From the IMG/VR virus record IMGVR_UViG_2571042372_000008: DNA of 15,717 nucleotides, one strand, 5' to 3'. Of this stretch, positions 7,470 to 14,566 are shown piece after piece. The notes beneath the pieces were generated by a model. That model was not told the origin of the DNA. It was given only the letters and a program-made list of their open reading frames with translations, and did no database searches. The first letter of the stretch is position 1; every line of letters begins with the position of its first letter. The position numbers and the translations under genes were made by a program. The DNA comes from a virus. Its lineage: Duplodnaviria > Heunggongvirae > Uroviricota > Caudoviricetes.

Positions 7470-8222
7470 TTATGCTGCAAGTCTCTTAACCCAAGTCTCT
7501 CTTTTGGAGAATGGTAGAACTTGGCTTGATTCATGGAAGAGTAAGGAGAGTTGTTGCATTTGATCACCAATTGCTTCGCTGTCTATAACAACAAATCTGT
7601 TGTTATACTCCTCACTTGAAGCTTTAAGATCAATTAGTTTCCCAAGCAATGAGTAAGCACTATTCCAGCTTCCTCCGTGTTTCACGCTTGATGTAAAAAC
7701 GTATTTAGGTATGTCGGTTTTTATTGTTACAGGGACGGTAATTTGATGTCCACTCAAGCCATATACGTTTTCACGAAGAGAAAGTGCGTCTCTAAGCTCT
7801 GTGTGATATAGATAATCAATAACCATACTTTCAAACTTTTCAGCTTGAACTGGCTGATACCAGTCTAACGACAAAGTTGATGCGAGTATACCAGCTCTAA
7901 TTATGTTCGATGTAATCGCACCGACATCCTTTTCTGTTGCCCAAGCAATGATTTCTCCTCGAGCATTGAGTTCTGCGCCTTCTTTAAGCAGTAATTGTCG
8001 TATCTCATCAAGTCGTTTTTTGGTAAGCGAGATCCCTCTTGCCTCCATATTCATTAAGGCATCGCATCTGTCACTAACTAAATACCTACCATTGACTTCA
8101 CGGATAAAGGCACCGACATGCTCTCCATCATCACAGTAAGTGAATGGACTGATAATTCTCAAGGTCTTGCCTATTGGATGGCATTCGAAACCTAGTTGTG
8201 AGATCACTGTTGAGCACATCAT
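7470..8222 (-). CDS. Hypothetical protein (250 aa), distal gene of a two-gene cassette in the rexAB-equivalent slot; function unknown
   Basis: ATG-initiated ORF co-oriented with cI. Its ATG overlaps the stop of the upstream 185-aa ORF (ATGA, 8219-8222) and it is followed directly by a terminator. No transmembrane segment or motif I can name. Confidence 0.6.
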   Translation of the reverse strand: MMCSTVISQLGFECHPIGKTLRIISPFTYCDDGEHVGAFIREVNGRYLVSDRCDALMNMEARGISLTKKRLDEIRQLLLKEGAELNARGEIIAWATEKDVGAITSNIIRAGILASTLSLDWYQPVQAEKFESMVIDYLYHTELRDALSLRENVYGLSGHQITVPVTIKTDIPKYVFTSSVKHGGSWNSAYSLLGKLIDLKASSEEYNNRFVVIDSEAIGDQMQQLSLLFHESSQVLPFSKRETWVKRLAA

Positions 8223-8776
8223 ATTCCAAACCCCATTTGCCCCGACTCATCTTCAAGCGGTAAAGGTATTCTCCCAGAGTAAGTTATGTTCAGATGTTTA
8301 CAGAAGTAATTCCAATACCCTACCAGGCCATCTGGGTTTATGTCATCTTCGATTGGAAACGCTATTCTATCACTATAGTATCCAGCTTCTTCATAGTATA
8401 CATGGTAGTGAGCACCGTAAATGATATCTTGGTACTTCGGATGATCGACCTTGTAACTATTCGTGTGTTTGTCAAAGTGATAGGTATCTACCGCGAAAAC
8501 CCTCTTGTTATGATAGAAAGCAATAATATTTATTTTAGGGTAAGAAATCGGGTCATCAGGTTCTGAATCCTGATCTGGTTTCCATTTCAGTTCAAACTTT
8601 AGCCCTTGTATAGGTATACAATCCTCATCCAAGGGGATGATATGGGCTTGTAGCCACATATCAGAGCGACTTGGTTTCTGTTTCCATTTAACGCCAGAAA
8701 AGTTAACTATTTTTTTACAATAAAGTACTTTATCAACTTCTACTTGGCTTGGCTGATAATCATCTATTTTTGCCAA
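8219..8776 (-). CDS. Hypothetical protein (185 aa from a TTG start; 146 aa if the first ATG is used), proximal gene of the two-gene cassette; function unknown
   Basis: ORF begins 39 nt downstream of the cI stop. The only in-frame start before Met40 is a TTG at 8774-8776, preceded by purine-rich AGGGCGG. Tyrosine- and acid-rich (HYHVYYEEAGYY), no hydrophobic segment. Confidence 0.5.
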   Translation of the reverse strand: MAKIDDYQPSQVEVDKVLYCKKIVNFSGVKWKQKPSRSDMWLQAHIIPLDEDCIPIQGLKFELKWKPDQDSEPDDPISYPKINIIAFYHNKRVFAVDTYHFDKHTNSYKVDHPKYQDIIYGAHYHVYYEEAGYYSDRIAFPIEDDINPDGLVGYWNYFCKHLNITYSGRIPLPLEDESGQMGFGI

Positions 8777-8815
8777 TGTTTACCGCCCTGTAAATTGTAG
8801 ATAAAAGTGGTTTCA

Positions 8816-9469
8816 TCACCCAAACGTCTCTTCAGGCCATTGGCTGGCGATAACTTTCCCCACAACGGAACAACTCTCATTGCATGGGATCATTGGGTAT
8901 TGTGGGTTTAGTGGCTGTAGAAACACCTGACCGCTATCCCTGATCAGTTTCTTGAAGGTAAATTCATCACCACCAAGTCTGGCTATGCAGAAATCGCCGG
9001 GCTCAACAGCTTGCTCAGGGTCAACCAGAATTAACATCCCGTCAGGAAAGCTGGGTTTGGAACCTGTTGGTGCGGTCATTGAGTTACCTTCAACCTCAAG
9101 CCAGAATGCAGAGTCACTGGCTTTTTTGGTTGTGCTTACCAATCTCTCCGCATCGCCTTTGGTAAAGGTTCTGAGTTCTGGAGAGAACATCCCAGCCTGA
9201 ACATGAGAAAAAACAGGGTACTCATATTGTTTTTTAACTGGGGCCGATGAGTATTCGCCAACAGGTGAAAATGTCCCGTCGTGGTTGAATGATATGTTAT
9301 CAATACCAAGGTATTTAAACACCACACCAATATCACTAAGAGATGGATGACGAGATCCGCGCAACCAGTGTCCAATCCCACCCTGCGTCATACCTAGCTC
9401 TTCGGCTAACTTCTCTTGAGTTATGCCGAGCTCTTTCATTCTGGATCTAGCCAGTTCATACCATTTCAT
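8816..9469 (-). CDS. cI: CI-type prophage repressor: lambda-identical C-terminal S24 autoprotease/dimerisation domain on a non-lambda N-terminal HTH domain
   Basis: From [20 protein letters not shown]... to ...QWPEETFG the sequence matches lambda cI from memory (one W-to-L change). The N-terminal ~95 aa ([35 protein letters not shown]...) differ. Start placed at the ATG at 9467-9469, 7 nt after an AAGGA Shine-Dalgarno; the track begins 16 codons upstream. Confidence 0.85.
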   Translation of the reverse strand: MKWYELARSRMKELGITQEKLAEELGMTQGGIGHWLRGSRHPSLSDIGVVFKYLGIDNISFNHDGTFSPVGEYSSAPVKKQYEYPVFSHVQAGMFSPELRTFTKGDAERLVSTTKKASDSAFWLEVEGNSMTAPTGSKPSFPDGMLILVDPEQAVEPGDFCIARLGGDEFTFKKLIRDSGQVFLQPLNPQYPMIPCNESCSVVGKVIASQWPEETFG

Positions 9470-9587
9470 TTTCATGTCCTTATTATTACGCTCTGTACTG
9501 GAACCATCCATGCACAATGTGTATTTTTACTTGTATTCGCAAAGTACATATTGTATTTTTTTTATTCGTGTTTACTATGGAGGGCAT
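9470..9587. promoter_or_regulatory. OR region: divergent pRM/pR promoters and operators
   Basis: Intergenic region between divergent cI and cro. Candidate pR: TTGTAT (9531-9536), 17-nt spacer, TATTTT (9554-9559), then GGAGGG Shine-Dalgarno before the cro ATG. Dyads from TACA/TGTA half-sites. The 11-mer AAAGTACATAT (9541-9551) also occurs in the pL spacer. Confidence 0.5.
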
Positions 9588-9803
9588 ATGAGCAACCTAC
9601 GAAAATATCGAGAGTCACTGAATATCTCTCAAACAACACTTGCTAAGGCAGTTGGATGCACACAGGGAGCTATCGGACATTGGGAATCTGGTCGTCGCTT
9701 CCCAGACCTTAAAACATGCCGTGCTCTTGTTGCGTGCCTAAACAAGTTAGGCGCAAAAGTCAGTCTTGATGACGTGTTCCCGCCGGAACACAAAGCCGCT
9801 TAA
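9588..9803 (+). CDS. cro: Cro-like HTH repressor (71 aa)
   Basis: ATG at 9588 preceded by GGAGGG. HTH segment ISQTTLAKAVGCTQGAIGHWESG parallels the repressor's [23 protein letters not shown]. Position is immediately rightward of OR. Confidence 0.8.
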   Translation: MSNLRKYRESLNISQTTLAKAVGCTQGAIGHWESGRRFPDLKTCRALVACLNKLGAKVSLDDVFPPEHKAA

Positions 9804-9823
9804 TAAGCGGATCCGCTCTTTGT

Positions 9824-9869
9824 AACAACGGACATTCGTCCTACGTCGCTGAAAAGCGAGTTCCAAGAT
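9824..9869 (+). promoter_or_regulatory. nutR: boxA plus boxB hairpin
   Basis: CGCTCTTTGTAACAA (boxA-like, 9824-9838) followed by TCGCT-GAAA-AGCGA (9856-9869), the same GAAA loop as nutL. Lies between cro and cII. Confidence 0.6.
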
Positions 9870-9944
9870 ATCTGACCAACTAAGGCCATATGCGTTTCCA
9901 CGCATACCTTTCAACTAACTATTCACTATTGGAAATCTTAAGAA

Positions 9945-10241
9945 ATGGAAAGAACAAGTTACAGCAAACTATCACAGCGTGACGTTGATCGCGCAGAAAC
10001 AGATTTACTTATCAATCTGTCAGCTATTACCCAGCGCGGTCTGGCAAAGATGATTGGCTGTCATGAATCGAAGATAAGCAGAACGGACTGGAGATTTATT
10101 GCTTCGGTCTTGTGTGCTTTCGGAATGGCATCAGACATCAGTCCGATTAGCAGGGCTTTTAAGTATGCGCTTGATGGACTCACCAATAAAAAACGCCCGG
10201 CGGCAACCGAGCGTTCTGAACAAATCCAGATGGAATTCTGA
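9945..10241 (+). CDS. cII: CII-like transcriptional activator, chimeric (C-terminal 20 aa identical to lambda CII)
   Basis: 98-aa ORF at the cII position ending LTNKKRPAATERSEQIQMEF, which is the lambda CII C-terminus from memory. The N-terminal ~78 aa differ from lambda. Confidence 0.7.
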   Translation: MERTSYSKLSQRDVDRAETDLLINLSAITQRGLAKMIGCHESKISRTDWRFIASVLCAFGMASDISPISRAFKYALDGLTNKKRPAATERSEQIQMEF

Positions 10242-10261
10242 GGTCATTACTGGATCAATCC
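10185..10261 (-). ncRNA. oop: oop antisense RNA
   Basis: Minus-strand sequence ...GAUUGAUCCAGUAAUGACCUCAGAAUUCCAUCUGGAUUUGUUCAGAACGCUCGGUUGCCGCCGGGCGUUUUUUAUU matches lambda oop RNA from memory, including the terminator GCCGCCGGGCG plus U-run. 5' end approximate. Confidence 0.6.
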
Positions 10262-10273
10262 ACAGGAGTCATT

Positions 10274-10720
10274 ATGACAAATACAGCAAAAATACTCAAC
10301 TTCTGCAGAGGTAACTTTGCCAAACAGGAGCGTAATGTGGCAGATCTCGATGATGGTTACGCCAGACTATCAAATATGCTGCTTGAGGCTTATTCAGGCG
10401 CAGATCTGACCAAGCGACAGTTTAAAGTGCTGCTTGCCATTCTGCGTAAAACCTATGGATGGAATAAACCAATGGACAGAATCACCGATTCTCAACTTAG
10501 CGAGATTACAAAGTTACCCGTCAAACGGTGCAATGAAGCCAAGTTAGAACTCGTCAGAATGAATATTATCAAGCAGCAAGGCGGCATGTTTGGACCAAAT
10601 AAAAACATCTCAGAATGGTGTATCCCTCAAAACGAGGGAAAATCCCCTAAAACGAGGGATAAAACATCCCTCAAATTGGGGGATTGCTATCCCTCAAAAC
10701 AGGGGGACACAAAAGACTGA
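10274..10720 (+). pseudogene. O: Replication initiator O, truncated after codon 148 by IS insertion; stop codon supplied by the IS terminus
   Basis: MTNTAKILNFCRGNFAKQERNVADLDDGYARLSNMLLEAY... matches the lambda O N-terminal domain from memory. The reading frame runs into TGA at 10718-10720, the first three bases of the IS left inverted repeat. Confidence 0.85.
10623..10707 (+). repeat. ori-lambda iterons (four O-binding repeats)
   Basis: Four direct repeats: TCCCTCAAAACGAGGGA (10623-10639), TCCCCTAAAACGAGGGA (10643-10659), TCCCTCAAATTGGGGGA (10667-10683), TCCCTCAAAACAGGGGGA (10690-10707). The AT-rich ori segment that follows in lambda is replaced by the IS. Confidence 0.8.
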
Positions 10721-10771
10721 ACCGCCCCGGGAATCCTGGAGACTAAACTTCCTGAGAAAGAGGTAAACAGG

Positions 10772-11098
10772 ATGACTAAAAATACTCGTTTTTCCCCCGA
10801 AGTCCGTCAACGGGCAGTCCGTATGGTTCTGGAAAGTCAGAGCGAATATGACTCACAATGGGCGACAATTTGTTCCATTGCTCCAAAGATTGGCTGTACG
10901 CCGGAGACTCTGCGTGTCTGGGTTCGCCAGCATGAGCGGGATACCGGGGGCGGTGATGGAGGGCTCACCACCGCTGAACGTCAGCGTCTGAAAGAGCTGG
11001 AACGTGAAAATCGTGAACTGCGCCGCAGTAACGATATCCTTCGCCAGGCTTCCGCTTATTTTGCGAAGGCGGAGTTCGACCGCCTCTGGAAAAAATGA
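10772..11098 (+). CDS. IS3-family transposase OrfA (HTH/leucine-zipper part)
   Basis: 108 aa, [57 protein letters not shown]..., matches IS629 OrfA from memory. Confidence 0.9.
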   Translation: MTKNTRFSPEVRQRAVRMVLESQSEYDSQWATICSIAPKIGCTPETLRVWVRQHERDTGGGDGGLTTAERQRLKELERENRELRRSNDILRQASAYFAKAEFDRLWKK

Positions 11099-11985
11099 TG
11101 CCACTGCTGGATAAGCTGCGTGAGCAGTACGGGGTCGGACCGCTATGCAGCGAACTGCATATTGCCCCGTCAACGTATTACCACTGTCAGCAACAGCGAC
11201 ATCATCCGGATAAACGCAGTGCCCGTGCGCAGCGCGATGACTGGCTGAAGAAAGAGATACAGCGCGTATACGATGAAAATCACAAGGTATACGGTGTGCG
11301 TAAAGTCTGGCGTCAGTTGTTACGGGAAGGTATCAGAGTGGCCAGATGCACTGTGGCACGTCTCATGGCGGTTATGGGACTTGCCGGTGTTCTCCGGGGT
11401 AAAAAGGTCCGTACGACCATCAGCCGGAAAGCCGTTGCCGCAGGCGACCGCGTAAACCGTCAGTTCGTGGCAGAACGACCTGACCAGCTGTGGGTGGCTG
11501 ATTTTACTTACGTCAGCACATGGCGGGGCTTCGTCTATGTGGCGTTCATCATTGATGTGTTTGCCGGATACATCGTGGGGTGGCGGGTCTCATCGTCCAT
11601 GGAAACGACATTCGTGCTGGATGCACTGGAGCAGGCGTTATGGGCCCGTCGACCGTCCGGCACGGTCCATCACAGTGATAAAGGTTCTCAGTATGTATCG
11701 CTGGCCTACACACAGCGGCTTAAGGAAGCCGGATTACTGGCATCAACAGGAAGTACAGGCGACTCGTATGACAACGCGATGGCGGAGAGCATCAATGGTC
11801 TTTACAAAGCGGAGGTAATACACCGTAAGAGCTGGAAAAACCGTGCAGAAGTGGAACTGGCCACACTCACGTGGGTGGACTGGTATAACAATCGACGATT
11901 GCTGGAAAGGCTGGGCCATACTCCTCCGGCAGAAGCAGAAAAAGCTTATTATGCTTCCATCGGAAACGATGATCTGGCAGCCTGA
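11095..11985 (+). CDS. IS3-family transposase OrfB (DDE catalytic domain)
   Basis: 296 aa in the -1 frame relative to OrfA, overlapping at ATGA (11095-11098). Integrase-core-like region (WVADFTYV...HHSDKGSQY...DNAMAES). Confidence 0.9.
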   Translation: MMPLLDKLREQYGVGPLCSELHIAPSTYYHCQQQRHHPDKRSARAQRDDWLKKEIQRVYDENHKVYGVRKVWRQLLREGIRVARCTVARLMAVMGLAGVLRGKKVRTTISRKAVAAGDRVNRQFVAERPDQLWVADFTYVSTWRGFVYVAFIIDVFAGYIVGWRVSSSMETTFVLDALEQALWARRPSGTVHHSDKGSQYVSLAYTQRLKEAGLLASTGSTGDSYDNAMAESINGLYKAEVIHRKSWKNRAEVELATLTWVDWYNNRRLLERLGHTPPAEAEKAYYASIGNDDLAA

Positions 11986-12107
11986 GTTCACAGATAAAAC
12001 ACTCTCCAGGAAACCCGGGGCGGTTCAGAGATAACAATCAACTAATACTGTTTTGTTGATTTTTGCTTGTAATTGGCGTTCTGGTCTGATTTTTGTGGAG
12101 TAAGTTG

Positions 12108-12491
12108 ATGCGTGATATTCAGATGGTTCTTGAGCGTTGGGGTGCGTGGGCGGCTAATAATCATGAAGATGTGACCTGGTCGTCCATTGCCGCCGGTTTT
12201 AAGGGATTAATTCCTTCAAAAGTAAAATCTCGCCCGCAATGTTGTGACGATGACGCGATGATCATTTGCGGGTGCATGGCCCGTCTGAAAAAGAACAACA
12301 GCGATTTACACGATTTATTAGTAGATTATTATGTATGTGGTATGACATTCATGTCACTGGCAAGTAAGCATTGCTGCTCGGATGGTTATATCGGGAAAAG
12401 GTTACAGAAGGCTGAGGGCATAATTGAAGGGATGTTAATGGCATTAGATATCCGGTTAGATATGGATATCGTTGCTAATAATTCTAATTGA
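12108..12491 (+). CDS. Q: Late-gene antiterminator Q (phage 82 / DLP12 QuuD type)
   Basis: 127 aa from the ATG at 12108, preceded by GGAG; the track ORF begins at an upstream [37 protein letters not shown]... matches DLP12 QuuD / Q82-family from memory. Cys-rich segment [12 protein letters not shown]. Confidence 0.8.
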   Translation: MRDIQMVLERWGAWAANNHEDVTWSSIAAGFKGLIPSKVKSRPQCCDDDAMIICGCMARLKKNNSDLHDLLVDYYVCGMTFMSLASKHCCSDGYIGKRLQKAEGIIEGMLMALDIRLDMDIVANNSN

Positions 12492-12511
12492 TATGCAATT
12501 GTTTACTAAAA

Positions 12512-12542
12512 GTTATTAAAAATGGGGCGTGGAAACGCCCCC
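12512..12542 (-). terminator. Candidate intrinsic terminator for the porin transcript
   Basis: GGGGCG-TGGAAA-CGCCCC hairpin (12524-12541); on the minus strand it is followed by AUUUUUAAU. Confidence 0.45.
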
Positions 12543-12630
12543 AAAATAAAGGGTAATATATAACAGAAGGTTTATATAGTAAGAAGCAAGGTAGTGCTTC
12601 TAAAGGAAGTGGCTTGAGGGCTCCACTTAT

Positions 12631-12669
12631 ATGTTGCGGAGGCAAAGCCTCCCGCAACATATCTTTTTC
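12631..12669 (+). terminator. Candidate intrinsic terminator for rightward transcription from the Q region (possible tR')
   Basis: 13/14-bp stem ATGTTGCGGAGGC-AAA-GCCTCCCGCAACAT with one bulge, followed by CTTTTT at 12663-12668; ends about 10 nt before the convergent porin stop. Confidence 0.55.
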
Positions 12670-12679
12670 GTAAGTCAGA

Positions 12680-13762
12680 TTAGAACTGATAAACCAGACC
12701 TACAGCGACGATGTCGTCGGTATCAATACCAGCTGTTTTGGTAAACTTACTATCGTCAATTAAGTTGATTTTGTAATCAACAAAAGTGGACATGTTTTTA
12801 TTAAAGTAGTAAGTAGCACCGACATCGACATACTTGACTAAGTCTCGGTCACCATGAACACCAAGGTCTTTACCTTTTGACTGAAGGTAAGCAACAGATG
12901 GACGCAGACCGAAGTCAAACTGATATTGTGCTACTGCTTCAAAGTTTTGTGCTTTGTTTGCAATATGGTTATTACCAAAAACGGTCATATTCTGAGTTTC
13001 AGAATATGTGGTAGCCAGATAGATATTGTTCGCATCATATTTCAGGCCTGCAGCCCATACTTCCGCATTTTTGCCGGAGGCATTGAATTTGCTCTTACCA
13101 TAGGCGACCTGACCGTCAGTGCGATCTGATTTAGCATAGGTTGCACCCACGCCGAATCCTTCATACTCATAAGTAGTGGAGAAACCGAAACCATCACCAT
13201 TGGCTTCAGTTACGTCAGTGCGGTCATTTTTACCCTGATACTGAGCAGCAAAGTTCAGGCCATCGACCAGACCAAAGAAGTCGTTGTTACGATAAGTTGC
13301 AACACCAGTAGTGCGACCAGTCATGAACACATCTGTTTGGGTCCAGGTATCACCACCGAATTCTGGCAGAACGTCAGTCCACGCACCGATGTCGTATGCT
13401 ACACCGTAGTTACGGCCGTAATCGATTGAGCCGTAATCACCAAATTTCAGGCCTGCAAATGCAAGACGGGTTTTGTCTTTGGAAGAACCTTGAGATTCAG
13501 CACGGTTGCCTTTGAATTCATATTCCCACTGACCGAAACCAGTCAGTTGATCGTTGATTTGGGTTTCACCTTTGAAGCCAAGACGGGCATAAGTAGTATC
13601 ACCATCATCTGCATCATTAGAGGAGAAGTAGTGCTTGGCATTAACTTTCCCGTATAGATCCAGCTTGTTACTGTCTTTATTATAAATTTCAGCTGCCTGA
13701 GCAGACATCGCCATCAGTACTGATGCAGCTACAGCAGAAATTGCCACTGTTAATTTTTTCAT
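12680..13762 (-). CDS. Outer-membrane general porin, OmpC/OmpF/PhoE family (NmpC/Lc-like prophage porin)
   Basis: 360 aa from the ATG at 13760-13762. Signal peptide [23 protein letters not shown] then [16 protein letters not shown]..., and C-terminal ...VAVGLVYQF ending in F, typical of 16-strand porins. Matches DLP12 NmpC / PA-2 Lc from memory. The track ORF extends 20 codons upstream. Confidence 0.9.
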   Translation of the reverse strand: MKKLTVAISAVAASVLMAMSAQAAEIYNKDSNKLDLYGKVNAKHYFSSNDADDGDTTYARLGFKGETQINDQLTGFGQWEYEFKGNRAESQGSSKDKTRLAFAGLKFGDYGSIDYGRNYGVAYDIGAWTDVLPEFGGDTWTQTDVFMTGRTTGVATYRNNDFFGLVDGLNFAAQYQGKNDRTDVTEANGDGFGFSTTYEYEGFGVGATYAKSDRTDGQVAYGKSKFNASGKNAEVWAAGLKYDANNIYLATTYSETQNMTVFGNNHIANKAQNFEAVAQYQFDFGLRPSVAYLQSKGKDLGVHGDRDLVKYVDVGATYYFNKNMSTFVDYKINLIDDSKFTKTAGIDTDDIVAVGLVYQF

Positions 13763-14189
13763 TGTACGCCCTTTTTTTGAACTATTATTAAAAAATGATG
13801 TCACTGCGCGATAAATATTCATCTAATCAATGTGATTATTTCAAGATGTAAGTTTTAGTTTCTCATTTAATTTGTGAAGTAGATCTCTATTTTTATCTGA
13901 ACCTTTTCTATCTAATCCTATTCATGGCTCTTGTCTGAACAAAAATAAATCTATTAGCTAATTTATATTAATGGCACTTATTTATAAGTGCTCTATAATT
14001 CTTTAGCTTAATTTAAACAAACTAAAAATAACATCGGAAATTATTAACTGGTTATTTGTTGAAGTTTTCTTATGCATTTGTGGTGGTGTTTTGAACACTC
14101 GGTGGCATTCTCACAAATATCATTTAGTAGTTTACGTACGTAAAAAATTGGTTATGCTGTTAAGAGTGGTTACTTCGTCACACAGCTTA

Positions 14190-14219
14190 AACCCGCCGTC
14201 GAGCGGGTTTTTCCATTTT
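14190..14219 (+). terminator. Candidate intrinsic terminator about 130 nt upstream of the holin gene
   Basis: AACCCGC-CGTCGA-GCGGGTT hairpin (14190-14209) followed by TTTTCCATTTTTT. Confidence 0.5.
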
Positions 14220-14350
14220 TTGAGTCTCGATATTAGCTGATAACCCAATACCTGAGTTATTCACTGACTCCGAATCTGTTACGTTTCTGCCTTTATTGCG
14301 ATACGTAGTATCCCCTTAATTTACACCCGCTTTGTCTGCGAGGTGGGGTT

Positions 14351-14566
14351 ATGAAATCCATGGATAAGTTAACAACGGGTGTCGCCTATGGTACCTCAGC
14401 AGGTAGTGCCGGGTACTGGTTTTTACAGTTGCTCGATAAAGTCACGCCCTCACAGTGGGCGGCAATAGGTGTGCTGGGTAGCCTGGTATTTGGCCTGCTG
14501 ACGTACCTGACAAACCTTTATTTCAAGATTAAAGAAGATAAGCGCAAGGCTGCGAGAGGTGAATAA
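14351..14566 (+). CDS. Class II holin, pinholin type (phage 21 S / DLP12 EssD-like) with dual-start motif
   Basis: 71 aa, [26 protein letters not shown]...[35 protein letters not shown]. Two predicted TM segments; Met1 and Met4 separated by a Lys. Stop overlaps the endolysin start (TAATG). Confidence 0.85.

Larger units (their letters stand above)
10718..12027 (+). mobile_element. IS3-family insertion sequence, IS629/IS1203-like, 1310 bp
   Basis: Terminal inverted repeats TGAACCGCCCCGGGAATCCTGGAG (10718-10741) and the reverse complement TGAACCGCCCCGGGTTTCCTGGAG (12004-12027). Encodes OrfA and OrfB in the IS3-family -1 frame arrangement. Flanking triplets GAC and GAG do not form a target-site duplication. 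Confidence 0.88.

Noticed and set aside
7273-7563. 96-aa plus-strand ORF
   Set aside because: It spans the OL region and the terminator hairpin and runs antisense into the 250-aa gene; likely non-coding.
7903-8566. Plus-strand ORFs of 78, 94 and 90 aa antisense to the two-gene cassette
   Set aside because: Shorter than the minus-strand ORFs; the minus-strand ORFs are co-oriented with cI, translationally coupled and terminator-bounded.
8952-9381. ORFs of 82 aa (plus) and 81 aa (minus, alternative frame) inside cI
   Set aside because: They lie within the repressor gene, whose C-terminal domain matches lambda cI.
9416-9803. 76-aa ORF and a 126-aa upstream extension of cro
   Set aside because: They would read through the operator/promoter region; the ATG at 9588 has a strong GGAGGG Shine-Dalgarno and gives a Cro of typical size.
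10099-10314. 71-aa plus-strand ORF overlapping cII and the O start
   Set aside because: Alternative frame of cII; the interval is explained by cII, oop and O.
10715-12030. Search for a 3-4 bp target-site duplication flanking the IS
   Set aside because: The left flank is GAC and the right flank GAG, which do not match; I interpret this as deletion or recombination rather than simple insertion, recorded as a finding rather than a feature.
10853-12034. Several ORFs inside the IS element other than OrfA and OrfB
   Set aside because: Antisense or alternative frames of the transposase genes.
12926-13129. 67-aa plus-strand ORF
   Set aside because: Antisense within the porin gene.
12492-14350. tRNA genes or Shiga-toxin genes downstream of Q, as in Stx phages
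   Set aside because: I saw no tRNA-like cloverleaf-forming segment and no stx-like ORF; the interval holds a porin gene and AT-rich intergenic DNA.
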